From contig CALUTI010000005.1 in the NCBI GenBank assembly GCA_944323695.1, positions 53,475 through 117,474 on the forward strand: a stretch of DNA of 64,000 nt. The letters run 5' to 3'. The notes below the pieces were generated by a model that did no database searches, was not told where the DNA came from, and saw only the letters and a list, made by a program, of their open reading frames with translations. The translations under genes and the position numbers were made by a program. Each line of letters opens with the position of its first letter. Position 1 is the first letter of the stretch. The DNA is from Candidatus Gastranaerophilales bacterium (GTDB lineage Bacteria > Cyanobacteriota > Vampirovibrionia > Gastranaerophilales > Gastranaerophilaceae). This document shows, piece by piece, positions 1 to 10,737 of this stretch.

Positions 1-1842
1 GAAGATGGAAAAGACCTACTCAGAAACAAATTATATGAATGTGCCATGAAAATGGATAAAGATTTAATTAAGTTACTTTTATCCAATGAAAGAATTAAAA
101 ACAAGTTTTTTACTGATGTAGATGGATTGCTTGTCTTCGATAAAACAGCTTTTGGATGGGCGATTAATAACAAAGCCTTTTTAAACGATTCATATACAAG
201 ATTTAAGAATACTATCGGTTTAATTGACAGCAACGAGCAGTTTATCTCTTCTAAAAACGATGTTGTATTATCCTTCCCATATAAAGATTGTGTGTTAGAA
301 GGTGGTCAAACAAAAGAAGACCAAAAAAGAGATGAAATATACTATAACGAACTGTTAGCTCCTGATGATGTCGATAGATTGCTAGCTCCTAAAGTTTTTA
401 CTAATGCTAAAAAATATACAAAAAATGGTGAAGAAGTAGTAACTTCCTTCAATGATAATGATAATTTACTTATTAAAGGTAATAATTTGTTAGCGTTATC
501 ATCAATATTGAAACGATATGAAGGTAAAGTTAAATGTATTTACATAGACCCTCCATATAATACAAATAGTAGTGCAAATACTTTTTGCTATAATAATAGT
601 TTTAATGAAAGTACTTGGTTGACATTCATGCAAAATCGCTTAAAATTAGCGAAAAGGTTGCTATCAAAAGATGGGTCCTTAATTGTAGCAATTGATGAAA
701 ATGAACATTGTGAGTTAGGTGTATTATTAAAAGAAATTTTTAAAGACAGTCATGATATTCATTGCATAACAATTGTTCATAATCCGAGAGGAATTCAAGG
801 AACCAACTTTTCTTATACTAATGAATTTGCATTTTTCATAATTCCAAAAAATAAAAAAGTAATATTAGATAGAAAAATTAATTCAGATGAAATAGAATGG
901 AGTAACTTAAGAAACTGGGGAGCAGAAAGTGAAAGAACTGATGCAAAGAATTGCTTCTACTCTATAAATGTAGATATTAATACAGGAAAAATTGTCGATT
1001 TTGGTGATGTTTGCGATGATAGTTATCATCCGACTAAGAATATTTTTAAGGATAACATTGTAAAAATATATCCTATAGATTCTAAAAATATTGAAAGGAA
1101 ATGGCGTTATGCAAGGCAAAGTGTACAATCAATAAAACATTTATTAAGAGCTAGAATAAAAAATGGGTCTTGGGATGTAGAAATAGGTAAAGACTTTGGA
1201 CAATATAAAACTGTTTGGATAGACCCTAAATATGACGCAAATGAATATGGAACCAAAATTGTGAATTCTCTTGTTCCAAATAATACATTTGATTTCCCAA
1301 AATCTCTATGGAATGTATATGATTGTCTTTATGCTATTGTTGGAAATGATAAAAATGCAATTATATTAGATTTCTTTGGTGGAAGTGGTACAACAGCTCA
1401 TGCTGTATTGGAATTAAATAAAAATGATAATGGTTTCAGGAGATTTATAATTACTGAACAAATGTATTACATAGAATCTGTAACTAAAGAAAGAATAAAA
1501 GCGGTTGCTAATGAATGTAATACAAATTTTGTATACTGTGAATTAAAAGAACTTAACCAAAAGTATATAGACGAAATAATGTCTGCGGATAATGATAAAC
1601 TTATTGAATTGTATCATCAAATCTCTGAGTCGGAATTTATTAGTTACAAAGCGGATATTAATAAGTTAAAAGAAGGTATTGAAGATTTTAAACAATTGAA
1701 AACGGAAGAAAAAAGACATTTCTTGATAGAGATATTAGACAAGAACTTATTATATGTGAATTATTCTGATATTGAAGATGAAGACTTCTGTATATCAGAA
1801 GATGAAAAAGCCTTTACAAAAAGCTTTTATGGAGATGTGTAA
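1..1842 (+). CDS. mod: Type III restriction-modification methyltransferase (Mod), beta-class amino-MTase; probably 5'-truncated by the window edge
   Basis: Motif IV IYIDPPYNT precedes motif I DFFGGSGTTAHAV (beta-class order). Stop TAA is directly followed by the ATG of a helicase-nuclease gene. The frame is open from nt 1 and the ATG at 46 has no Shine-Dalgarno (SD), so the gene likely starts upstream. Confidence 0.85.
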   Translation, partial: EDGKDLLRNKLYECAMKMDKDLIKLLLSNERIKNKFFTDVDGLLVFDKTAFGWAINNKAFLNDSYTRFKNTIGLIDSNEQFISSKNDVVLSFPYKDCVLEGGQTKEDQKRDEIYYNELLAPDDVDRLLAPKVFTNAKKYTKNGEEVVTSFNDNDNLLIKGNNLLALSSILKRYEGKVKCIYIDPPYNTNSSANTFCYNNSFNESTWLTFMQNRLKLAKRLLSKDGSLIVAIDENEHCELGVLLKEIFKDSHDIHCITIVHNPRGIQGTNFSYTNEFAFFIIPKNKKVILDRKINSDEIEWSNLRNWGAESERTDAKNCFYSINVDINTGKIVDFGDVCDDSYHPTKNIFKDNIVKIYPIDSKNIERKWRYARQSVQSIKHLLRARIKNGSWDVEIGKDFGQYKTVWIDPKYDANEYGTKIVNSLVPNNTFDFPKSLWNVYDCLYAIVGNDKNAIILDFFGGSGTTAHAVLELNKNDNGFRRFIITEQMYYIESVTKERIKAVANECNTNFVYCELKELNQKYIDEIMSADNDKLIELYHQISESEFISYKADINKLKEGIEDFKQLKTEEKRHFLIEILDKNLLYVNYSDIEDEDFCISEDEKAFTKSFYGDV

Positions 1843-4485
1843 ATGACTACTTTTTTGTTTGAAGAGATAAAGGCAATAAGAGAATATGCTCCAGAAGCTT
1901 ATAAAGAGCTTCCTAAATATGTTGTACAGAATCTAACACAAAAGTATCAAATAAGACCATATCAAGAGCAAGCATTTAGGAACTTTATTACATACTTTGA
2001 AAATGATAGATTGCGTCATAAACCTTCACAAGTCTTATTCCACATGGCTACTGGTAGTGGTAAAACTCTAATTATGGCAGGGCTTATTTTATATCTGTAT
2101 AAAAAAGGATATAGGAATTTTTTATTCTTTGTAAATGCTGATAATATTGTGCAAAAAACTAAGGATAATTTCATCAACAGAACATCAAGCAAGTATCTTT
2201 TTAATGATGAAATTAATATAGATGGGCAATCTGTAAAAATCCGAACTGTTGAAAACTTTCAAGACTGGAATAAAGACGATATTAATATCTGTTTTACAAC
2301 AATACAAGGCTTGCATACAAATTTAAATAACTTTAAAGAAAACGGCTTGACTGATGACGATTTTGCTGAAAAGAAAATTGTGCTTATTGCTGATGAAGCC
2401 CATCACTTAAATGTTGAGACGAAAAAAGGCTTAACCAAAGTAGAAAAAGATGATAAAAATAACTGGGAAACTACAGTAAATAGAATTTTTAACTCTGATG
2501 TAGATAACGTATTGCTTGAATTTACTGCAACTTGTGATTTAAAGAATCCATATATTTTGAGTGAATATGAGAAGAAAATTATTGTAGATTATCCATTGAG
2601 GAAGTTTAGGGAAGATGGATACTCCAAAGAAGTTAAAACCTTACAATCGCATGTCCCTCTTATAGATAGAGTGTTACAGGCGGTATTATTGAGTCAGTAT
2701 AGGTTAAAGTTATTTCAGGATAATAAAAAAGTTATTAAACCTGTAATTTTATTTAAGAGTGATAGAATAGAAATTGATAAAAAAACAGGAAAGCTAGGTA
2801 GTAAGGAATTTTATTCTGAAAAATTTAGACCACTAATTGATAATTTATCTGAATCAGATTTATTGAGAATCAGAACACAAACATCAAATCCTCTATTAAT
2901 CAAAATGTTTGAGTATTTTGATACTCATACAACTTATGAACAACTTATTTCTGAGATAAAAGAAGATTTTTCTCATGAAAAATGTATCTCAGTTAATAGC
3001 AAAGAAGATAAAGGAACATATCAGCTACTTATTAATTCACTGGAAGACCGTAATAATTTAATAAGATGTATCTTTGCGGTTGACCAATTAAATGAAGGTT
3101 GGGATGTACTCAATCTTTTTGACATAGTCAGGTTATATGAATCGCGAAGTGCTGAAAGGTATGGTGGTCCAGGCCCGCAAACTATAAAAGAAGCACAATT
3201 AATAGGTAGGGGAGCAAGGTATTGTCCTTTTACAATAACCGATAAATCAGAAAGATTTTTGCGTAAGTTTGATGATGATATAGAAAATGAACTAAGAGTT
3301 TGCGAAACGCTCTACTATCATTGCATGTATAATTCATCGTATATATCAGAATTAACAACAGCAATGAAAGGTATAGGATTATTACCAGACAACATTAAAG
3401 AATGTTCTTATATCTTAAAGGAAGATTTTAAAAGAGATAATATTTACAATAATGGCTTAGTATTTGCAAATGAACGTGTTGTCAAATCTAGGAAACAAAT
3501 TACAGAATTGTTGCCGTCTGTTAGAACAAGAGATTATGAAATAGATTTATCTTCTGGAGCAACTTCTATTGTAAATCTTTTAGTACCCTCAGCAGAAAGA
3601 ATTAACACATTAGAAAAAGTTTCTACTAAGTCTTTTACTATCGGACAAATAGCAGAAAGAAACTATTCGATAATACATAAAGCATTACGCCAGTTTAATA
3701 TCTTTAAATTTGACATTTTACAACAATATTATCCTAATTTAAAATCAACAAAACAGTTTATAACAGATAGTAATTATTTGGGTAATATAAAGATTAATAT
3801 CAAAATTAGTAATGATGAAATTACAAATGAACAGCTTTATATAGCTTGTAAAAAAGTTGTAGAAAAGATTTCAAATAATATTTCTGACATAGAAGAAACA
3901 TTTGAAGGAACAAAAGAATTTAAACCTAGAAAAATATGTGAAGTATTCAGAGATAAAACTGTTAGTTATACAGACCCACATGGAGATGGTCAAGGGGTAT
4001 CTCAATCTCATGGAGCTATTTCTGAACATTTAAAAGTAAATTTACCAGATGAAGATTGGTTTGTGTTTACTGATAATTTTGGAACAAGCGAAGAAAAAGA
4101 GTTTGTAGCATACTTTAAAAAACATGTTCAAGATTTAAAGAATAAATATGAAAAAGTATATTTAATTAGAAATGAGAGACAATTAAAATTATTCTCATTT
4201 AATGGTGGTGAAAGATTTGAGCCTGATTATGTTCTTATAATGACTAAGCAAAATGGAAATATAACAGACCAGTATCAAATCTTTATAGAACCTAAAGGCT
4301 CTCATTTAATACAAAAAGATATTTGGAAAGAAACATTTTTGTTAGAAATTGAAAGCAGTGGTATCCCTGTTAAAACATTGGTTGATGATAACAATTATAA
4401 AATTATTGGCTTCCCATTCTTTAATAGAGCAGAAAGACAATCTCAATTTAACGAAGCAATGAATAATTTGTTAGTTGCTGAGTAG
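1843..4485 (+). CDS. res: Type III restriction enzyme Res subunit (SF2 helicase plus PD-(D/E)xK nuclease)
   Basis: Motif I HMATGSGKTL, motif II IADEAHHL (DEAH), QLIGRGARY late helicase motif. C-terminal EPDYVLI...IFIEPKG fits PD-(D/E)xK. Abuts the mod stop. Confidence 0.85.
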   Translation: MTTFLFEEIKAIREYAPEAYKELPKYVVQNLTQKYQIRPYQEQAFRNFITYFENDRLRHKPSQVLFHMATGSGKTLIMAGLILYLYKKGYRNFLFFVNADNIVQKTKDNFINRTSSKYLFNDEINIDGQSVKIRTVENFQDWNKDDINICFTTIQGLHTNLNNFKENGLTDDDFAEKKIVLIADEAHHLNVETKKGLTKVEKDDKNNWETTVNRIFNSDVDNVLLEFTATCDLKNPYILSEYEKKIIVDYPLRKFREDGYSKEVKTLQSHVPLIDRVLQAVLLSQYRLKLFQDNKKVIKPVILFKSDRIEIDKKTGKLGSKEFYSEKFRPLIDNLSESDLLRIRTQTSNPLLIKMFEYFDTHTTYEQLISEIKEDFSHEKCISVNSKEDKGTYQLLINSLEDRNNLIRCIFAVDQLNEGWDVLNLFDIVRLYESRSAERYGGPGPQTIKEAQLIGRGARYCPFTITDKSERFLRKFDDDIENELRVCETLYYHCMYNSSYISELTTAMKGIGLLPDNIKECSYILKEDFKRDNIYNNGLVFANERVVKSRKQITELLPSVRTRDYEIDLSSGATSIVNLLVPSAERINTLEKVSTKSFTIGQIAERNYSIIHKALRQFNIFKFDILQQYYPNLKSTKQFITDSNYLGNIKINIKISNDEITNEQLYIACKKVVEKISNNISDIEETFEGTKEFKPRKICEVFRDKTVSYTDPHGDGQGVSQSHGAISEHLKVNLPDEDWFVFTDNFGTSEEKEFVAYFKKHVQDLKNKYEKVYLIRNERQLKLFSFNGGERFEPDYVLIMTKQNGNITDQYQIFIEPKGSHLIQKDIWKETFLLEIESSGIPVKTLVDDNNYKIIGFPFFNRAERQSQFNEAMNNLLVAE

Positions 4486-4695
4486 TCCAGAAATCAGTTC
4501 ATTTCTCAAACAATAAATCTTTATTTGGATTGTCAATAAATTCATAATTTGATTAGGCATGAAATTTGTCAAAATCCGACAAAAGCGGATTATTAGACAA
4601 ACAAGGCTTAAACCGTTGCTATTGTTGATTAATCGGCATACTAAAGCCGATGTAAAGTTTTGCTGCATAATGTCATTAAATGTAAGATGAATATA

Positions 4696-4724
4696 TTGAC
4701 ATTTAAGGCAAGGTATGTCATAAT
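4696..4724 (+). promoter_or_regulatory. sigma70-type promoter candidate (TTGACA-17 nt-CATAAT) for the 4763 ORF / recombinase
   Basis: TTGACA at 4696-4701, 17-nt spacer, CATAAT at 4719-4724, about 40 nt upstream of the ATG at 4763. Confidence 0.5.
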
Positions 4725-4762
4725 GAATACATAAGGAACATATAAAAGAAAGCAGGTAGCAA

Positions 4763-5041
4763 ATGAATAAACAAGAATTAAATCAACAAGTAGCAGAAGT
4801 AAAAAGCCTTTACCTTTTAAAAGCTGAATTACAAGCAGAAATCGAAAAGATTGAAAGCAATCTAAAACAAATTTTAGCGGATAACAATTTAACCCTTTTA
4901 ACGCTTGAAAACGGCACAATATCTTATAAGGAAGTTGTTAGCAAGACTTTAAACACAACAGAATTGAAGAAATCAGAATTTGCTTTCGTTTATAATCAAT
5001 TCTTAACTCAAAAGTCTACAATGCGTTTTAAAGTGGCTTAA
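4763..5041 (+). CDS. hypothetical small coiled-coil protein (92 aa)
   Basis: ORF with an N-terminal heptad-like segment LKAELQAEIEKIESNLKQ. It sits between the promoter candidate and the recombinase gene. No family recognised with confidence. Confidence 0.5.
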   Translation: MNKQELNQQVAEVKSLYLLKAELQAEIEKIESNLKQILADNNLTLLTLENGTISYKEVVSKTLNTTELKKSEFAFVYNQFLTQKSTMRFKVA

Positions 5042-5075
5042 TTAGCCACTTTTGACACAATCTAAAGGGGAAATT

Positions 5076-5762
5076 ATGACAAATACGACATATAGAGCAT
5101 ACATAAGATGTAGCACCAAGCAACAAAGTTATGATTCGCAAATGAGGAGATTAAACGAGTTCTTGAAGAAAGAACCTGAAATAAATTTACCTATTGAAAA
5201 TATCGTAAGTGAAAAGAGGACCGGGAAGAACCAAGACCGCCCGTTGTTCAAAAAATTAGTTGCAGAACTTTTAGAGCAAGAGGCTAAAGGCAATCACCAA
5301 TGCTTAATATTGGTAGAATTAAGCCGTTTTGGCAGGTCTTACGACCAAACAAAAAAGACTTGGAACGAGCTTACAAGTGCAGGTGTTGACATCGTTGTTA
5401 CTTCCTTTGACATTCTCGACACGAGAAAAAAATCAATAAATCCGATTGCAACATGCCTGAGCGATATTGTCTTTTCGATTCTCAATTATTTGACAGCCCA
5501 AGAGCTAGCAGAGAAAGAAGAACGCACCCAAAATGGTCGAGAGGCTGCAAAGGCTAAAGGAGTTAAAATGGGGCGAAAGGAACTTACATTTGATGATTTG
5601 CCAAAGGAATTTATCGAGGTTATAAAACGGGCAAATGGCACGGAAAGCAAAACGGCGTTAATGGACACAGTAAACGGCATGTTGAGTCGAAAGAAGAAAA
5701 AACCGATTAGTAGGGGAACTTTTTACAATTACCTCAAAATTTATTACAATTCAAAAGCGTAA
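5076..5762 (+). CDS. small serine recombinase (resolvase/invertase family) with C-terminal HTH
   Basis: N-terminal YIRCSTKQQSYDSQ (catalytic Ser context) and LVELSRFGRS motif. AAGGGG SD lies 7 nt before the ATG at 5076; the track start at 5052 is TTG without an SD. Confidence 0.8.
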   Translation: MTNTTYRAYIRCSTKQQSYDSQMRRLNEFLKKEPEINLPIENIVSEKRTGKNQDRPLFKKLVAELLEQEAKGNHQCLILVELSRFGRSYDQTKKTWNELTSAGVDIVVTSFDILDTRKKSINPIATCLSDIVFSILNYLTAQELAEKEERTQNGREAAKAKGVKMGRKELTFDDLPKEFIEVIKRANGTESKTALMDTVNGMLSRKKKKPISRGTFYNYLKIYYNSKA

Positions 5763-5816
5763 AGTTTTGGGGAATGTTGAAAAAATTTGTCAGCCAATAA
5801 TCAAAATAAAAATCGA

Positions 5817-5845
5817 GGGGGTATATTTTAGCTCTACCCCCCCCC
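5817..5845. repeat. hairpin GGGGGTA-N11-TACCCCC ending in a C9 homopolymer
   Basis: GGGGGTA (5817-5823) pairs with TACCCCC (5835-5841). The C run spans 5837-5845 (9 C) in otherwise AT-rich DNA. Confidence 0.6.
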
Positions 5846-5900
5846 TAAAATCCTTATTTAGCTAGGGTTGTGGATGTAGAACTTGTTTTGTTATTACATA

Positions 5901-5970
5901 CTTATAAAGCTCTTACACGTCCACGAGGCTTATATTACAAGCCTTGCAGGGGTGCAAGAGCCTTATATTA
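5901..5970. repeat. nested palindrome with three copies of a GAG(G/C)CTTATA motif; candidate recombinase binding site
   Basis: Outer stem GCTCTTACAC (5909-5918) / GTGCAAGAGC (5952-5961), one mismatch. Inner stem AGGCTT (5926-5931) / AAGCCT (5939-5944). Direct copies GAGGCTTATATTA (5925-5937) and GAGCCTTATATTA (5958-5970), plus an inverted copy CTTATAAAGCTC (5901-5912). Confidence 0.4.
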
Positions 5971-6004
5971 TAGGAGTTTTTGAACTATATATACGCCGAC
6001 TGGG

Positions 6005-6226
6005 CTATTTATTCAAGCTCGGCAGTAACTTTTTTGTAATGTGGGATTGATACTTACTGTCAGTCTTTTGGAGTAGTGCTTTTGCCTTTTCAGCAGGGCT
6101 TAAAGGCTTTGGAACTTCCGCAGTCTTAATAATATCGTCTTTTTGTTGTTTTTCTTTTGGTGTATTGTTGAAGCACTCTTCAAGCACTTCAAGTGCTATT
6201 TGGACGACTAATTCTTTATAGTTCAT
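6005..6226 (-). CDS. hypothetical protein (73 aa)
   Basis: ORF downstream of and co-oriented with the 6330 and 6517 ORFs. GGAGATAC-type SD upstream of the ATG. No recognisable motif. Confidence 0.45.
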   Translation of the reverse strand: MNYKELVVQIALEVLEECFNNTPKEKQQKDDIIKTAEVPKPLSPAEKAKALLQKTDSKYQSHITKKLLPSLNK

Positions 6227-6329
6227 GTTTGTATCTCCTTTATAGTTAAAATCTAAAAATAGAGCTTGTAGAAAGCCCAGGAAGGGGCGTAAAAATACAA
6301 CTAGGTGTATTTACACCCCTTAAATTGAA

Positions 6330-6515
6330 TTAATCAGGCTTCTTCCTCAATCTGTTTACATTGTTTAAGTGCCTAATCCATTCCTTTTTAGCAGATTCAA
6401 GTTTCTGCATGTATTGTGGTCGAGGGTATATTTTACCCCCTAATTTTGCTTTAAAGAATGCTTGAAATTCTTCATCATTAATAAAGTCGTAGGTTTCAAT
6501 ATCGAATCTTTCCAT
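6330..6515 (-). CDS. hypothetical protein (61 aa from the SD-preceded ATG)
   Basis: GGAGAAAAAG SD lies just upstream of the ATG at 6515. That start is 1 nt after the stop of the upstream 414-aa gene, suggesting translational coupling. Confidence 0.5.
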   Translation of the reverse strand: MERFDIETYDFINDEEFQAFFKAKLGGKIYPRPQYMQKLESAKKEWIRHLNNVNRLRKKPD

Positions 6516-6516
6516 T

Positions 6517-7761
6517 TTACTTTTTCTCCTTCCCATTTTGGGGGTTATTTATTACTATATACTTATGTAATTCTGTTCTATTAGCTAATAGGTACTTTAC
6601 ATCTGTGCTTGTTATTTCTTCGGCATTCGCTGGCATGTGTAACAAGCCGTATTCAACGCCGTAACGCCTTAATAGGTTCAACAATTTGGCAATCTCCGAC
6701 AACCTATGCTCTTCCAGTAGGCGTTGGACGCCTAATTGTGCAAGTAGTGTATCCAATGCAATAGTTAAATGCGTGAATTTAGAAGGACAATTAATTATCC
6801 AGTATAAATAATTAATAAAGGTTGCTATTATAGGAGCTTGCTTAGTTGACGGTAGTTGGGCATAATAGCCCATATTTCGCCTAATTCGTTGCTTTATGTG
6901 TTTTGTTATTAAGTCAGATTCAAATACAAGGTTGTCGTCAACCACTTCGAAATCATCAATAATAGCGTTATTTTGAAGCTCTTTTAAGGTTTCATCAATA
7001 ACAACATCTTTTCTTTTGTGTTTACCCTGAAAGGTAAGCCCCTTACAGAATTGAGCGTAATTGACAAGATAAGCGTCTGTGTAGGTATTATCAATCACGG
7101 CGGAGCTATGCGTCATAAATTGTAAAAGATGTTCTAATAGAATATGCGTATTTATTGACAATACAGTTTTGCCGAGCTTTTGCGATAGTGCTAGGGGTAT
7201 ATTATACAGGGGTTTTAGCTTGTTAATTTCAAAGAATGCCCCATTACTATCCATTACCTTTTTGGTGGTTTCCTCAATACTTTCAAGTATTTTGGGAGTT
7301 AATTGTGGTAATATTGACAACTTAAATTCTCCCCAATTAGAACAGAATTTCGGCATTTGATATTTGTTGAATACTAGCCTGTAACAGTTGTAAACGTTTA
7401 ATATACCTTCATTTTCAAGACTTTTTAGTCTGTTAAAATCCGATTCGCAGATTGGTGCAAAGTAATACACGTACATGCCAGTCAAAGGCTCAAATGCCCA
7501 CATTGTGGGAAGATTGAGCAATTTGAACAATAAAGTATTACACACTACGCAAGTGCAAAGTTGAGAAGGATACATTAATCCTAAGTATTGGTTGCCCTCA
7601 AGGTAATCTAAAACGCACGCTGTGTTTGCGTTTGTGTGGACTCTTGTTAAGGTTTCGTCATCAAGACAAACATCGAAAATAAAACCGGGTTTCCTACCCT
7701 GATTTAGTTTCTTTTCTTGCTTAAGCCGAAAATCGGCTGGGTTAAAAGTTTTTTTGACCAT
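6517..7761 (-). CDS. hypothetical 414-aa protein; candidate replication initiator of the element (context only)
   Basis: Long ORF with a GGAGATGAG SD. The C-terminal part (FTHLTIALDTLLAQLGV...LLRRYGVEYGLL) resembles the winged-helix style of plasmid Rep proteins. It lies next to an iteron array. No diagnostic motif was seen. Confidence 0.35.
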   Translation of the reverse strand: MVKKTFNPADFRLKQEKKLNQGRKPGFIFDVCLDDETLTRVHTNANTACVLDYLEGNQYLGLMYPSQLCTCVVCNTLLFKLLNLPTMWAFEPLTGMYVYYFAPICESDFNRLKSLENEGILNVYNCYRLVFNKYQMPKFCSNWGEFKLSILPQLTPKILESIEETTKKVMDSNGAFFEINKLKPLYNIPLALSQKLGKTVLSINTHILLEHLLQFMTHSSAVIDNTYTDAYLVNYAQFCKGLTFQGKHKRKDVVIDETLKELQNNAIIDDFEVVDDNLVFESDLITKHIKQRIRRNMGYYAQLPSTKQAPIIATFINYLYWIINCPSKFTHLTIALDTLLAQLGVQRLLEEHRLSEIAKLLNLLRRYGVEYGLLHMPANAEEITSTDVKYLLANRTELHKYIVINNPQNGKEKK

Positions 7762-7900
7762 TGTTTCTCATCTCCATTATTAATTCAATAGACAAATTAA
7801 AATGTAATAATTTAATTTCGGAGAATAAAAAATAAAAAGGTAATTACATTGTAACTACCTTTTGTTTTGTCTATTATTGAGATGACCAAACGGTCTTTAT

Positions 7901-8156
7901 TACTTGGGAAAGCTGGGATACCCAGCTTTTGTTTTTGTCGTCAATTTAAAATATAATATATTTGAGATTTAGAATTAAATTGAAACATCCAAAGGGAGTA
8001 TCCATAATACTTGGGAAAGCTGGGATACCCAGCTTTTGTTTTTGTCGTCAATTTAAAATATAATATATTTGAGATTTAGAATTAAATTGAAACATCCAAA
8101 GGGAGTATCCATAATACTTGGGAAAGCGGGTTTACCTAGCTTTTGTTTTTGTCGTC
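7901..8156 (+). repeat. 107-bp tandem repeat, 2 identical copies plus a 42-bp diverged third copy; each begins with a terminator-like hairpin
   Basis: Units start at 7901, 8008 and 8115. Copies 1 and 2 are identical by eye. Each contains AAAGCTGGG-ATA-CCCAGCTTT followed by TGTTTTTGTCGTC. A related hairpin unit (AAAAGGTA...TACCTTTTGTTTTGTC) lies at 7841-7875. Confidence 0.9.
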
Positions 8157-8266
8157 TGAAAATAAATGAACATAGATAATAAATAACTAAACAAAAGATA
8201 AACAATAAATAGGAGCTTTAATATTAGCCTTTAATGTAATAAATATAAGGCTTTTGAGCTTTTAAA

Positions 8267-8408
8267 ATTGCAGAATGGTAACAAGTAAATTGCACTATAG
8301 TAACAATTTGATTGCAACAAGGTAACAGTAAAATTGCAGAATGGTAACAAGTGAATTGCAGGATAGTAACTTGTTTTGGAGCAAAAATTGCAACATGGTT
8401 ACATTTTT
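8267..8408. repeat. iteron array: six ATTGCA-N5-GT(A/T)AC repeats, five on an exact 22-bp phase
   Basis: ATTGCA starts at 8267, 8289, 8311, 8333 and 8355 (22-bp spacing) and at 8387. Units 1 and 4 are nearly identical. Two further ATTGCA motifs lie at 8709-8720, inside the recombinase 5' end. Confidence 0.85.
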
Positions 8409-8436
8409 AACTCAAGAATTTAACTCTAAAGGTACA

Positions 8437-8685
8437 TTACTTAATGGGGAAACGTTTTTTCATCTTCATTGCTTCCGATTCTTCTTCATGATTTAAAATT
8501 AAGTCTAATTCTTCTTGGGGATTTTCTGCATTTACTATTCTTTTTGCTTCTAAAAGATAAGCTGCTCCATTTTTAAATGTTTCTATTAGATTATGAACAA
8601 AACAATCCCAAAAATCGGTATTTGGTTTCTCATCGCTATTGGCTATATTGTCTGCATTTACTTTAAAATCTGGCTCTTTTTTCAT
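8437..8685 (-). CDS. hypothetical small acidic protein (82 aa); candidate directionality/regulatory factor
   Basis: The ATG at 8685-8683 is the left end of the 20-bp palindrome. The longer track form (to 8736) would overlap the recombinase start. No family recognised. Confidence 0.45.
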   Translation of the reverse strand: MKKEPDFKVNADNIANSDEKPNTDFWDCFVHNLIETFKNGAAYLLEAKRIVNAENPQEELDLILNHEEESEAMKMKKRFPIK

Positions 8686-8699
8686 GCTATAATTATAGC

Positions 8700-8702
<3 letters not shown>
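8683..8702. promoter_or_regulatory. 20-bp perfect palindrome CATGCTATAATTATAGCATG: two back-to-back extended -10 promoters fused to two divergent start codons
   Basis: On each strand the sequence reads TGCTATAAT, then 6 nt, then ATG. Neither divergent ORF (8700 + and 8685 -) has an SD. Confidence 0.55.
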
Positions 8703-10484
<1,782 letters not shown>

Positions 10485-10646
10485 ATATTCTATTTTGGGC
10501 GTCTGACAATTACCATTATCATTTACCCCCACCCCATTATTAAACGCTAAAAAACAAAAATCAAGCCCCATGATTTTTCCCGGAAAAAATCTTAATATTA
10601 TTTATTTTTTTGTCTGTAAATTTATATTTATAGGCTTAATACTTGC

Positions 10647-10676
10647 TTGACAAATACTATTAATCTATTACATAAT
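10647..10676 (+). promoter_or_regulatory. sigma70-type promoter candidate for the glycan gene pair
   Basis: TTGACA at 10647-10652, 18-nt spacer, CATAAT at 10671-10676, about 60 nt upstream of the ATG at 10738. Confidence 0.4.
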
Positions 10677-10737
10677 TAGGGGAGGATTTCTTGGGTAATG
10701 ATTAGATTATAAACTAAAGATTTATTAAGGTATTAAA